A stretch of 58,954 bases of DNA, taken from a virus. Taxonomy: Duplodnaviria; Caudoviricetes. Shown here piece by piece: positions 10,056 through 19,285 of the stretch. The number at the start of each line of letters is the position of its first letter. Within the stretch, counting starts at the first letter, position 1. A program made the translations under genes and the position numbers. The notes beneath the pieces are model-generated. The model was not told the origin of the DNA. It saw nothing but the letters and a program-made list of their open reading frames with translations, and ran no database searches. The DNA is taken from IMG/VR virus record IMGVR_UViG_3300044997_000299, positions 1 through 58,954 of that record; one strand, written 5' to 3'.

Positions 10056-10480
10056 TATGTTATATTCACTGTTATTGAACCAACAGCGATCAGAGCAATT
10101 CTCCCTCTAGCTTGTTGATCTGGATTAAGAGGTATCATTCCTCTTGACAAAAATGCAAAATCACCAGGTAAATCTAATAATGCTGTAGCCATTCCAGCTC
10201 CACCAGAATCTGCGAATAAACCAGTGTTGGGTGGTACAACTGTTGTAGGCTCTGCACCTCTTCCCAATTTAGGTGTTTGAAAATCTTGGTTTCTACTATT
10301 CAATAATGCTTCAGGATCTGCTCCGTATACTTTTGGATCTAATTGTGGATGTTTGGGTTCATATTCTGAAATATGCACCATTGATCCTTGCCATTCTTTA
10401 ACCATTTCTTGATAAGGAAAAGACTGACCAGATCGGTCAGATTTCATCTTTGATCTTTTACCTGTTGCAAATCTACCCAT
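10055..10480 (-). CDS. conserved phage virion protein
   Basis: SDRSG..FPY.EMVKEW.G..VH.SEYEPKHPQL. Confidence 0.6.
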   Translation of the reverse strand: MGRFATGKRSKMKSDRSGQSFPYQEMVKEWQGSMVHISEYEPKHPQLDPKVYGADPEALLNSRNQDFQTPKLGRGAEPTTVVPPNTGLFADSGGAGMATALLDLPGDFAFLSRGMIPLNPDQQARGRIALIAVGSITVNIT

Positions 10481-11172
10481 TAAAATGACCCCGATGGATA
10501 ATAGTTTGCTGGTGAAATAAAAACAGATGCACTTTGAGAATCCTCGACTAATGCTCTTTGTAATTCATCCTCATAATACATTTTTAACTGTTCAGTTCTT
10601 TGCGGTGCTTTAGATTGTGATATGTAAAAAGCAAGACCTGAAACTAAACACGGCAAAAATCTAAATGGTACATCAGGATTATTTGTATAAACACCTGTAT
10701 CTTCAATTCTTTCTAATGCATAAAATTTTAAATGAGTATAAGTATTTAAATCTGGTGCTGGATATAAAGTTATTGTAGGTGTTAATAGTCTATCAACATA
10801 ATATTGTGAAGGTGTTCCAGATTGTCCTTTATTAGGTAATGACGCATAAGTTGATCTATCAATTTTTGATAACGATACATCTTGAGTGCTTGTTGTCGTT
10901 CCGGAAGTTGATGAAATATATGCTTCTAACACATCGCTTACTGAAGAAGCTACATTGTAAGTTGCGGTGCCTGAGGCAAGAGCTTGAGTTTTTAATTCCA
11001 CTTTCCAAAGATGTACTCCTCTATTGCCCCATTCTGAAAATATTAAATTACAAAGAACTCTAGCTCTTTTTAAATCATATCCAGAATTAAGAGATAAACC
11101 ACATCTCTGATATGCTTCTTCAATCATTTCTTCAATTGATAAATTAAAACTTGTTGTTCCTGATGTAGCCAT
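10480..11172 (-). CDS. head-tail connector/adaptor protein
   Basis: MATSGT..F....IEEAY.RCG...EWGNRG..LW; G.PSQYY; LVSGLAFY. Confidence 0.65.
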   Translation of the reverse strand: MATSGTTSFNLSIEEMIEEAYQRCGLSLNSGYDLKRARVLCNLIFSEWGNRGVHLWKVELKTQALASGTATYNVASSVSDVLEAYISSTSGTTTSTQDVSLSKIDRSTYASLPNKGQSGTPSQYYVDRLLTPTITLYPAPDLNTYTHLKFYALERIEDTGVYTNNPDVPFRFLPCLVSGLAFYISQSKAPQRTEQLKMYYEDELQRALVEDSQSASVFISPANYYPSGSF

Positions 11173-11375
11173 TAAAACACTCCTTTAAATTTTGTTCCTT
11201 TAATTGCTATACCACCACCTTTTAATTTAAAAAAATATTGACCTGTTTTTTTAAAATTCTTTTCGTTTCTGTTTTTTATTTTCTCGTCAGTAAAGATTTT
11301 AGCCGCGTCCTTTGTAGTATTTTCTTTAATAACATCCATAGCTGATTTATCTTGATTTATTTTTTTCTCAGACAT
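11172..11375 (-). CDS. small basic virion-module protein (GG motif)
   Basis: Ends KLKGGGIAIKGTKFKGVF. Confidence 0.65.
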   Translation of the reverse strand: MSEKKINQDKSAMDVIKENTTKDAAKIFTDEKIKNRNEKNFKKTGQYFFKLKGGGIAIKGTKFKGVF

Positions 11376-11487
11376 TTTTATCCCTTACTTTACGATTAAA
11401 TAATTTTTTTGATTTTATCACTCTAGGATAAAATAGTCTAGAAGCTAGTTTTTTAGCTAGTGGATTTTTTAAGGATTGTTTTAACAT
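11368..11487 (-). CDS. 39-aa basic peptide, ArfA-like (not in ORF track)
   Basis: MLKQSLKNPLAKKLASRLFYPRVIKSKKLFNRKVRDKNV; fills the gap between neighbouring genes. Confidence 0.55.
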   Translation of the reverse strand: MLKQSLKNPLAKKLASRLFYPRVIKSKKLFNRKVRDKNV

Positions 11488-11704
11488 AACTTGGCCGTGG
11501 TCCGGTGTTACTTGCTTGTTGTTTTCGCTTTACAGCACTTGCTTTTTGACCTCGGCTCATGGCTCTAGCTTTTGCTAAAGGGACACACTTTGGATAGTTT
11601 TTTCTTTTCTCTCCACCACTTCTACCACATTTTGGGTAAGATCCATCAGGTCTACGATTTGCAATATCAACCCAATTTTCTTGAACCCATTTACGTAAAC
11701 CCAT
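11453..11704 (-). CDS. small basic conserved viral protein
   Basis: GLRKW..E.WVDI...CGRS...YPKCVP. Confidence 0.65.
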   Translation of the reverse strand: MGLRKWVQENWVDIANRRPDGSYPKCGRSGGEKRKNYPKCVPLAKARAMSRGQKASAVKRKQQASNTGPRPSYVKTILKKSTS

Positions 11705-11705
11705 A

Positions 11706-11960
11706 TTAACTTTTTTTAGTTACTTTTCTTCGATCTTCCATCACAGCTCCACAGCCTTTTGCAATTCCACCTTGTTCGTAATTAGAAATTTTTTTTCTTT
11801 CTTGTGAAACACTTCCACCCTTAACCATTTTTTTCTTCTTACCACCTGGAACTATTTTTCCAGAACAAACTGCAGATGCATACATATTAGCATAAGCTGA
11901 TGGATATACTTTAAATTTTGCTTTTGCAGCGGCTTTTCCTCTTGGACAAAGTTTTCCCAT
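11706..11960 (-). CDS. small basic conserved viral protein
   Basis: AAKAKFKVYPSAYAN; KGG/QGG motifs. Confidence 0.65.
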   Translation of the reverse strand: MGKLCPRGKAAAKAKFKVYPSAYANMYASAVCSGKIVPGGKKKKMVKGGSVSQERKKISNYEQGGIAKGCGAVMEDRRKVTKKS

Positions 11961-12064
11961 TATTTTTTCTTCTTTCTTTTTGATTTAGACATAGCTTTTG
12001 AGGGTTTAGCTCCTCTAAGCTTGCCCTCTACTTCCTTAGATATTTGTGCTCTACCAATTGGCAT
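11960..12064 (-). CDS. 34-aa basic peptide (not in ORF track)
   Basis: MPIGRAQISKEVEGKLRGAKPSKAMSKSKRKKKK; TAATG coupling to the next gene. Confidence 0.6.
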   Translation of the reverse strand: MPIGRAQISKEVEGKLRGAKPSKAMSKSKRKKKK

Positions 12065-12065
12065 A

Positions 12066-12524
12066 TTAGCTCATTGTTGAATATATTACCTTACCATTAA
12101 CTTTATTAGCTTTCAAGAACTGTGCCCTGTTTTTTAGAGTATTAAAACTGCAGTGCACCCATCCTGAATTAGGCTCATTTTCATTCCAAAATTCAAGTAT
12201 ACATTGATCATAATTTAAGTTTTTAACAATAAATTCTGCTAACTCTTTATTGGCTACACTAAAAATTTCAAAATCTGCTGCTTGCCCTTTAGTGTGTTGA
12301 CTGCTAGTCGATGAACCTATTACTTCACAAAGTTCTTTAGATCTATATCCAGAACTTACAAATACTGGCATACCATAATAGTCTCTAATAGGTTGTAAAA
12401 TATTATTACATAATAATTTAAGGTTTAATATTTGTTCTTCATTTGGAGTGTTATCTATCCCTAATCTTATAGCTTCTTGAGATTTAGTTAACTCATTTAA
12501 TGTAAAATTTTTACTCAAATACAT
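12066..12524 (-). CDS. endolysin, peptidase M15A-like
   Basis: LSKNFTL.E, SSGYRS, SQH..G.AAD and WVH zinc-binding motifs. Confidence 0.85.
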   Translation of the reverse strand: MYLSKNFTLNELTKSQEAIRLGIDNTPNEEQILNLKLLCNNILQPIRDYYGMPVFVSSGYRSKELCEVIGSSTSSQHTKGQAADFEIFSVANKELAEFIVKNLNYDQCILEFWNENEPNSGWVHCSFNTLKNRAQFLKANKVNGKVIYSTMS

Positions 12525-12525
12525 T

Positions 12526-13140
12526 TTAAAATTCTATACATGAATCATCTTCTCCAATTTCACCTTTTGGATTGATATTAAAAGCAATTGAATATCTTAA
12601 ATCTTGATTTTCATTACATTCTATAAGATGAGTTAAATCACTAGGAAACAAAATTAATGTGTTGTTTTCTATAATAGAAAAAGTTATTTTTTGTGAATTA
12701 AATTGATTATACTGTTTACACAAAATAAACCAAAAATTGTTACAACTTTTAAAAAAAGTTATTTTTGTTTTTTCATTTCCTAAAGGATAATAAACACCAC
12801 TTAAAAAAGAATTCCCATGCTTGTGTTTCTCTCCTTGTCCATTAAATTTTGTTTTTGTTGCCCAAGAAGTAGTAAACTTATAATTCATTTTATAATGAAA
12901 AATTTCGTTAATATAAAAATGTATATGTTTATTAATTTCTTCTTTTAAAAAATTTAAATTATTATCAAAAATATGTAAATTTTTTGATATAAAAACATCA
13001 CGATTGTCTCCTTTTTTATTTGGAACAAATTGTAAATTTTTAAGGTATTCTATTACTTTATTATTATCTACATTTAATTTTTTTAAAAATATCACAGCCT
13101 CAGGAAAAATAGGAATTATTTCAAAATTATTTTCTGTCAT
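12526..13140 (-). CDS. putative 2OG-Fe(II) oxygenase (TIGR02466-like)
   Basis: HKH.NSFLSGVYY...LILFPS.L.H...R.SIAFN. Confidence 0.8.
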   Translation of the reverse strand: MTENNFEIIPIFPEAVIFLKKLNVDNNKVIEYLKNLQFVPNKKGDNRDVFISKNLHIFDNNLNFLKEEINKHIHFYINEIFHYKMNYKFTTSWATKTKFNGQGEKHKHGNSFLSGVYYPLGNEKTKITFFKSCNNFWFILCKQYNQFNSQKITFSIIENNTLILFPSDLTHLIECNENQDLRYSIAFNINPKGEIGEDDSCIEF

Positions 13141-13687
13141 TTTTTAAATTTAATATAACTTCAATTACATGTTTTTCATACTGTTTGTTTGTAGAAAAAT
13201 TACCTAAAGTTTTTGCCATTAATATAGAATCTTTATTTGATGTAATCTCCCTAACTTTTCTAAATTCTTCATATACTTTTTTTGTATTTAAAATTTTAAT
13301 GTAGTATTTAACAGATTCACATTTATTTTTAAAAATTCTTACACGCCATTTTATTGATTCAGGTTGTAATAATGGCAACATTCCTTCTTTTGACCACACC
13401 CGTATACCAAATAAATTGTGACCTTCCCGTGCAAATCTTGATTTTCCATAATTACTTTCAACAATTGCTTGAGCTACGATTAGTTCTTGATTTATTTGTT
13501 GTGTTTTTGGTATGCTAAAATTTAGGTAAGATATACAGGATTTGAGAGCAGAGATGAATTCTTTGTTGTTTGAATACTCAAACCTTGGAATCTCCTTTTT
13601 GGGGGCGGGATTTGGAAAGAATGTACCTAATACAAATGCTACTAGAGCTATAATCAAATATTTTGTTGCTGTGGTCTTTATTATCAT
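13127..13687 (-). CDS. GH73 glucosaminidase-like peptidoglycan hydrolase with N-terminal membrane segment
   Basis: AQAIVESNYGKSRFA.EG.NLFGI; hydrophobic N-terminus YLIIALVAFVLGTFF. Confidence 0.8.
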   Translation of the reverse strand: MIIKTTATKYLIIALVAFVLGTFFPNPAPKKEIPRFEYSNNKEFISALKSCISYLNFSIPKTQQINQELIVAQAIVESNYGKSRFAREGHNLFGIRVWSKEGMLPLLQPESIKWRVRIFKNKCESVKYYIKILNTKKVYEEFRKVREITSNKDSILMAKTLGNFSTNKQYEKHVIEVILNLKNDRK

Positions 13688-13740
13688 AACATTTACAGTA
13701 ATTTAAAAGACAGCATCCAGTTGTTAAATTGTTTGTACAA

Positions 13741-14400
13741 TTAACTTTTTTTTGACTCATCTACGTGATAAAACATATCATCCGTATCTTCTAATTTCCA
13801 GTCCTTGTTTTCAACGTTCCATTCATTAGTTTGTACCTTATAATCCGGCCAATGTGTTGAATATGTAAAACTAGGAATACTCCACAGAATACGATTATTA
13901 GGTTGAGCTGCATAATTGCCGTTATCAAGAGCCAGTACATGAGCACACTTATGCTGATCGGGAATTTCAGAATGTTCAGTATCGAGGATATTAGGTTCCG
14001 GATGAGCCCAATCAATTGTAAATAAATATTCTCCATAAATAAATTTTTTGTCTTTACCTAAATATTTACAGCGCTGTCCTATTAAAAAATCAAAAGTAGT
14101 AATAGCAGGATAATAACTAAATGAATTCCACAACTCAAGATCTTCGAGATTTGGATGTTCCACTTGTCTTTTATGCACATCACTGCTGTCTCCTCTTTGA
14201 AGAAAAGCAGAGATAGGAAGCCTCCAATATATTGCACCATTCGTAAGTAAAGCATGAAATAAGATTGCATGCCCTGGAATACTTGCAATAGCAAAGACCA
14301 CACAATCTTCAGTTTCGCCTTGATTTTTTCGTAAGTCATATAAATACTCCCTTCTTATTTTACAATATATAGGAGGAATGTTTGCGTTTAAATAGGACAT
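13741..14400 (-). CDS. conserved phage hypothetical protein
   Basis: 219 aa; YLNANIPP, RLPISAF, HKCAH and GNYAAQPNNR motifs. Confidence 0.7.
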   Translation of the reverse strand: MSYLNANIPPIYCKIRREYLYDLRKNQGETEDCVVFAIASIPGHAILFHALLTNGAIYWRLPISAFLQRGDSSDVHKRQVEHPNLEDLELWNSFSYYPAITTFDFLIGQRCKYLGKDKKFIYGEYLFTIDWAHPEPNILDTEHSEIPDQHKCAHVLALDNGNYAAQPNNRILWSIPSFTYSTHWPDYKVQTNEWNVENKDWKLEDTDDMFYHVDESKKS

Positions 14401-14415
14401 TAATAATCTAATTCA

Positions 14416-14808
14416 TCATAATTTTTTTTCAATTATTTCGCTTAAACCATTTTCTCTGTCTAGAAATTTATAATCTATCTTTTCTACAATAAAATCGCTA
14501 GTAATTTTTTCACATATTTTTTTAGGGTTAAATTCACCACAACTGTAAACATCAAATTGCATTAATGCTGGATTTGGTTCATCCCATACATGCATGACAA
14601 TGTGAGATGTCTCAATGATTGCTACTCCTGTAATTCCACGATTACCTGTCATGTTAGAATACTTAATGTAAGGACCCATCATTACTTTCATTTCAATTTC
14701 TTTTATAAATTTTTCAAACCACCATTTTAAATAATCCTCTTCCATTGGAGGACTGTATGTTTCTGCTCTAATAATTAAATGTTTGTGTACTAATAACTTG
14801 CTGTTCAT
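14416..14808 (-). CDS. speD: S-adenosylmethionine decarboxylase proenzyme
   Basis: G.TGVAIIETSHI..HVW...QFDVYSC; self-cleavage Ser in ETSH. Confidence 0.85.
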   Translation of the reverse strand: MNSKLLVHKHLIIRAETYSPPMEEDYLKWWFEKFIKEIEMKVMMGPYIKYSNMTGNRGITGVAIIETSHIVMHVWDEPNPALMQFDVYSCGEFNPKKICEKITSDFIVEKIDYKFLDRENGLSEIIEKKL

Positions 14809-14826
14809 ACCCTACCTTTTTTGTTA

Positions 14827-15174
14827 TTAGCACTTCCATCGTCTACGTGCTTGTCGTAAACGTGAATTAGGATCTTTAGCTGCGTTTGGAAACATTTTCA
14901 TTTGTCCAGCTGATCTAGCACAAAAAGATTTTCTTCTCTGAGCTGCTTTACTACCAGGTTTTACTTTTCCAGTAACAGCTGTGCTTAGTTTGGATCCAGG
15001 ATTTTCTCGCCTGTATCTTTCAACTCCAGCTCTGGTCATTCCAGCTCCAGATTTAGTGGGTCTAAAATATTTTTTAGTTTTTGGAGGTTGCACATCGCCC
15101 CCGCGCGCGTACGCGAGAATTGCTTTACCAGTTCCTTTTACTTGAATGCCGTGTTTAGGCATTTTATTTATCAA
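14827..15174 (-). CDS. small basic conserved phage protein
   Basis: RRKSFCAR...DPNSR...RRWKC; YARGGDV. Confidence 0.7.
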   Translation of the reverse strand: MINKMPKHGIQVKGTGKAILAYARGGDVQPPKTKKYFRPTKSGAGMTRAGVERYRRENPGSKLSTAVTGKVKPGSKAAQRRKSFCARSAGQMKMFPNAAKDPNSRLRQARRRWKC

Positions 15175-15493
15175 TAAATAAAATTACATTTAAACTAGCA
15201 CTATTCCCGGTAATTCCAATTCCATCAATTATTCCTATACCATTTCTTTTGGCATATAAAACACCATCTTCTGGAATACTAAGTGTTTCTGTTTGATTAG
15301 CTCCAACTCTTACTGGAATAAAAACTTGCGTGTTAGTTGATGAACTTACTGTTGAAACTGTTGCCAATCCATTAATTATAACAGATCCAGCAGTTCCAGT
15401 TGATTGAACAGCATATCCTCTTAAACGTGTGGGTCCTGTAAATAATACAGCATTACTTGCACTCGATACGACTGGTTTTACATCTGACTTCAT
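15164..15493 (-). CDS. putative virion protein
   Basis: 109 aa; GPTRLRG and IPEDGVL; lies in the capsid module. Confidence 0.6.
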   Translation of the reverse strand: MKSDVKPVVSSASNAVLFTGPTRLRGYAVQSTGTAGSVIINGLATVSTVSSSTNTQVFIPVRVGANQTETLSIPEDGVLYAKRNGIGIIDGIGITGNSASLNVILFIDK

Positions 15494-15510
15494 AATTTTT
15501 TCCCTTTTAT

Positions 15511-15532
15511 AAGGAGCTCCGAAGAGCTCCTT
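15511..15532 (-). terminator. C(UUCG)G hairpin, weak terminator or processing site
   Basis: AAGGAGCTC-TTCG-GAGCTCCTT on the - strand; no long U tract follows. Confidence 0.55.
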
Positions 15533-15543
15533 AAATTAATTTA

Positions 15544-16065
15544 TTAAGCTGCAAAAGCAAAAGTACCTGTTGTTCCTGTGCTTGCTGGATTCATTTTAAA
15601 ATCAAAATTTATTGTCCATATACCATTTGTTGTACATGAAAAGAAAATTTTTGATCCAATACTAAATAAATTTGTAACAGCGTTGGCTGGTGTGTAAACA
15701 AGTCTTGTTTCACCTACAATTGACGTATCAAATGATACAGCACTTGCCGTTCTGCTTTCAACCACTGATCCTGTTTGAAATGCATCTGACCCTGCACAAT
15801 CAAAAATAAGAGTATTTGTACCACCAGTTGTATCAACTGATTGAGCATGCACTACTACCACGCCCACGTTTGCTTCTGGTAACGTTACAAGTTGTGCCGC
15901 AGCTCCTGTAAAATTATTTACTGTTATAGTATTTGCTACATAAGTTAAAGTTGCTGCTGTTGCAACTGTTGATACAGTTAATCCTGTGTAGCCAGGTGTT
16001 ATTGATCCAATAAATCCACTTCCGCTTTGGGAAAGGACTGGTCCTGAAAACGTAGTTTTTGCCAT
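15544..16065 (-). CDS. capsid decoration/minor capsid protein
   Basis: MAKTTFSGPV.S N-terminus, Thr/Ala-rich, follows the major capsid gene. Confidence 0.6.
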   Translation of the reverse strand: MAKTTFSGPVLSQSGSGFIGSITPGYTGLTVSTVATAATLTYVANTITVNNFTGAAAQLVTLPEANVGVVVVHAQSVDTTGGTNTLIFDCAGSDAFQTGSVVESRTASAVSFDTSIVGETRLVYTPANAVTNLFSIGSKIFFSCTTNGIWTINFDFKMNPASTGTTGTFAFAA

Positions 16066-16084
16066 ATTTATATTCTCCTAGTTT

Positions 16085-16144
16085 TTTTAATCTAGTCTCT
16101 AGGCCGTCTACTATACGCGTCTAGATTAAAAGTTAATGTATAGT
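16085..16144 (-). ncRNA. structured 5' leader with pseudoknot
   Basis: Stem 16121-16131/16085-16095; 5' ACUAUAC (16138-16144) pairs with loop GUAUAGU (16110-16116). Confidence 0.6.
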
Positions 16145-16150
16145 GAAATA

Positions 16151-16179
16151 ATTATAAATGAAAAAGGGGCCTGTGTAAA
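16151..16179 (-). promoter_or_regulatory. sigma70-type promoter embedded in capsid terminator
   Basis: TTTACA (16174-16179), 17 bp, TATAAT (16151-16156). Confidence 0.7.
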
Positions 16180-16191
16180 CACAAGCCCCTT
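16161..16191 (-). terminator. intrinsic terminator after major capsid gene
   Basis: AGGGGCTTGTG-TTTA-CACAGGCCCCT followed by a T tract on the - strand. Confidence 0.85.
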
Positions 16192-16210
16192 AATAAAAAC
16201 TTAATTTATA

Positions 16211-17119
16211 TTAAGCTCCTGGTGATCCGAAGACTCCTCTAGGATCAGAGAATCCAAAAGAATATCTCTCTCTAGCTTTAAATCTTGTATTACCAGTGTC
16301 AAAGTCACCTTCAATCGCTGTTCTTAATGGAGCTCTTACAAAATGCTTAAGTCCATTAGGAGCATCAGTCATGATGAAAAACGCATCACTATCAGTTAAG
16401 AAATTGTTGATTCTATAACCCTCTGGAATCATTCCCATATTCTTAAGTGCATTGATATCGTTATCAGCAGTGCTAACTCTAAGAGGTGATTTTAAAATTC
16501 TCTCTGCAGTAAATTGTAATTCTTTTGGAATTATTAATTTTCTGCCTTGTAGAGCAATTTTTAATCCTCTCTCGTCAACAAATGCTTGAATGTCGATTAA
16601 AGATTGTTCAAGTGAAGTTTCGGATAAATCAGCTGCTGTTGATAATTCATTACTGAAAGTTCCGCCACTTACTAGAGGATGATCAGTAGCACAAAGCTCT
16701 TTTCCATCTCCTCCAGGGAAGCTTGAACTAAACGCATTGTTTAGTACAGCCGCCGCTTTAACTTGTTTTGTGTTAGCCATAGATCTTGCTAACGCTCTTG
16801 TGTAACGAGCCGCTAATCGATCATACAAATTATCTTCAATTGCTTCTTCAGTAATTGCAAAAGCAAGAGCAATAGTTTCATGTGTGTATCTAGCTGTAAA
16901 GCTTTCTACTGCATCATCAAATTCTACTGCTGCACCTTCATTTTTTACTGGAGCAGAACCAAAACCTGATAACATTACTTCCTCCTCGAAAGCTCTGTCT
17001 GAAGTTTCAGTTGAAAATATTTCAGTATGCTGATTTTCGTATCGTGCATATTCCAAGCCGAACAAAGCGTTCAGACCTGGCTCTAGTTCTTTAACTAGTT
17101 GTGCTCTTGAAATAGCCAT
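16211..17119 (-). CDS. major capsid protein
   Basis: MAISRAQLVKELEPGLNALFGLEY...SDRAFEEEV...KARERYSFG.SDPRG. Confidence 0.92.
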   Translation of the reverse strand: MAISRAQLVKELEPGLNALFGLEYARYENQHTEIFSTETSDRAFEEEVMLSGFGSAPVKNEGAAVEFDDAVESFTARYTHETIALAFAITEEAIEDNLYDRLAARYTRALARSMANTKQVKAAAVLNNAFSSSFPGGDGKELCATDHPLVSGGTFSNELSTAADLSETSLEQSLIDIQAFVDERGLKIALQGRKLIIPKELQFTAERILKSPLRVSTADNDINALKNMGMIPEGYRINNFLTDSDAFFIMTDAPNGLKHFVRAPLRTAIEGDFDTGNTRFKARERYSFGFSDPRGVFGSPGA

Positions 17120-17131
17120 AGTTTAAACTCC

Positions 17132-17710
17132 TTATGCTTTGCCGACGGTACCAGCACGGTACTCGTGAGCGTTAATTAATACTAGTACACCAACATTTGA
17201 TGTAGTCTGATCAGAGTTATCTGGATCTTGAGATATATCAATTGCTTTAAGTACAAAAGTTGTTGCCGCAGAAATTGTTGAGGCATCCAATGCTTCTTTT
17301 GATACTCCTGAGAGTGTACTTCCAACTGTAGCCACAATACTGTAGTTTCCAAACAAATCAGCATTTGGGAATGATTCGTCAGATGCGATTGAGTAAACTA
17401 CATTTGGGTCATCTATTACATTGGCAATAATGTTATTCGCACTTATTGAACCAGGGTAAAAGTTTTTAAAAGTTGGCTTTTGTGTTGTAGGATCAGTATA
17501 AAACACTCCATTAAATACTCCAACAACAGGATTGTCACCAGCAGCCGCTCTTTCGATTGTACCATTAGTAACAGTTTTAACTAGATCCCCTTGAAATATG
17601 GCTGTGCCATAATTTTTCAAGATTCTATATCTGTTTTGAGAGTTATTAAACGGCGTGCCACCAAGCATCCTAACAGGTGTTAAGCCAGATGGTTTTTGTG
17701 TGTTAGCCAT
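17132..17710 (-). CDS. capsid-associated (cement/decoration) protein
   Basis: IFQGDLV, GVFNGVFYTDP, VIDDPNV; directly upstream of the capsid gene. Confidence 0.65.
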   Translation of the reverse strand: MANTQKPSGLTPVRMLGGTPFNNSQNRYRILKNYGTAIFQGDLVKTVTNGTIERAAAGDNPVVGVFNGVFYTDPTTQKPTFKNFYPGSISANNIIANVIDDPNVVYSIASDESFPNADLFGNYSIVATVGSTLSGVSKEALDASTISAATTFVLKAIDISQDPDNSDQTTSNVGVLVLINAHEYRAGTVGKA

Positions 17711-17768
17711 AGTTTTTTATTCCTATTTTATTTTAAGTTTAATAACTCGATGGTCTATTTCTAAAAAA

Positions 17769-18245
17769 TTATTTTTTAGATCCTCCACCGAATGTCACAC
17801 GAGATTGTCTATCAATATTAATAGGCATCTCAGGTCGTTGTTCCTTTAAAACGTCTTGGTCAACCGCGTCCATTTGTTGTTTTGTCTTACTCCTAAAGTA
17901 ATTCTTGCGCGATTCCACGATTTCCTCAGGTATCCTAGCCAACAATAGGCCACCAACCCCAACTACGCCTGCGTGTCTTCCTTCAGAGATAACTGGATAA
18001 TCATTCTCTCCAATTTGAGATTTTAATTCCTCAGCTCGTACTAATTCATATCCTTCTCTTAGTTTTTTAGATACATTTGCAGTATCTTGAAAACCCATTG
18101 TCTCTGCTCTAATCCAACGATGATGAAATCCAGTTGGTGGCGGAGGCGCATCTAGACTTGATGGTGGAGTCCAAACTTTTTTTCTTAGATCTTTTGATCT
18201 TTGCTCAGACTCGCGCGAAACCCTTTTATTTTCTTCTTTTTTCAT
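17769..18245 (-). CDS. conserved head-module protein
   Basis: WTPPSSLDAPP...HRWIR...LREGYELV...GGLLLARIP. Confidence 0.7.
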   Translation of the reverse strand: MKKEENKRVSRESEQRSKDLRKKVWTPPSSLDAPPPPTGFHHRWIRAETMGFQDTANVSKKLREGYELVRAEELKSQIGENDYPVISEGRHAGVVGVGGLLLARIPEEIVESRKNYFRSKTKQQMDAVDQDVLKEQRPEMPINIDRQSRVTFGGGSKK

Positions 18246-18256
18246 TTTAGCTCCTT

Positions 18257-19285
18257 TTAGTTTTTCACATATTTCGCGTATTCTTCAGGTGGCACCCCTA
18301 ATTTTTTAGAAATAGCCAACTGTGATTTGGTGAGTCTCACAGTCCTGCGTCCAGTTTGATTTCTATTAGCAGTTGCAACGTTTTGGACGACTTTACGTGG
18401 CTCCTGTTTATTCTCATCAACTTCTAGTTGAGAGTTAGCAAACTTTTGAGGAAAATAATCTCTCAATCGTTTATCTAATTCATTATAGTACTCATCACTA
18501 TCTACTTCAATACCCTCACTTTTTATCTTTGCATCAATTTTTAATGCGGCATCTGTCATGATGTCATCATTTAGAAACCAATCATTTTTCTCAGCCCATT
18601 TTCTAGCTTTTTCGCTAGTTTTGGGCATGTTTGCATAAATTTGTTCTTCATTAAATTGCTGTTTAGGAGCAATTTTGGCTTTTTCAGCTTCTTGCTCTCT
18701 CATATATTTTGTATTTGAAAGTCTTTCTTTTTCTATAGAAATTTGAACTAATCTCTGATTAGCTTTTGATATTGCTACAGCATCTTGAGATTCAATTGCC
18801 GATTGAAGTTCTCTCGTTGCTTGAATTTGATCAGATTCCACCCTAGCCTCAAATTCTTTTAAGTAACTTTCTTCTATTTTTGGAAATCTTATTTTAACTT
18901 CCTCAACTTGTTTTTGTAAACCTTTTGCATATTGAAGTGCAGCTTTTTCTCTTCTTTGAGCTTCTCGCATTTTGCCTGTAAGTTCATTTATTCGTAACCT
19001 TACATCTTTTGAATATGATGAAAGATCATCGGGTTTTGATTGAGGTTTAGAATCTTTAGATTCTGTGGTGTTTGTTTTTTCAGTTTCCTCTTGTACTTGT
19101 ATTTCAACTTTATCATCTTTATGTTGATTAACAATTGTGCCTTCAGGAATAACTTCTTCGCTGACTATTTTTACTTTTTCGTTCTCTTTTTTGCTTTCTT
19201 GAACAACAACATCTTTATCTTCATAACCGTCAGTATCTAACTCAACAGTTTTTTGACTTGGTTTTAGTATTTCAGTTTCTGACAT
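18257..19285 (-). CDS. capsid scaffolding protein
   Basis: Acidic N-terminus, coiled coil, C-terminal VRLTKSQ..I.KKLGVP.EEYAK. Confidence 0.7.
   Translation of the reverse strand: MSETEILKPSQKTVELDTDGYEDKDVVVQESKKENEKVKIVSEEVIPEGTIVNQHKDDKVEIQVQEETEKTNTTESKDSKPQSKPDDLSSYSKDVRLRINELTGKMREAQRREKAALQYAKGLQKQVEEVKIRFPKIEESYLKEFEARVESDQIQATRELQSAIESQDAVAISKANQRLVQISIEKERLSNTKYMREQEAEKAKIAPKQQFNEEQIYANMPKTSEKARKWAEKNDWFLNDDIMTDAALKIDAKIKSEGIEVDSDEYYNELDKRLRDYFPQKFANSQLEVDENKQEPRKVVQNVATANRNQTGRRTVRLTKSQLAISKKLGVPPEEYAKYVKN

Noticed and set aside
13578-13760. Cys-rich 60-aa - strand ORF
   Set aside because: Overlaps the GH73 gene by 110 nt; may be a real short gene but cannot be supported without homologs
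13791-14339. Nested same-strand ORFs in the 219-aa gene (also 17182-17364 and 40024-40215)
   Set aside because: Alternate-frame ORFs within conserved genes; no spanin-like lipobox
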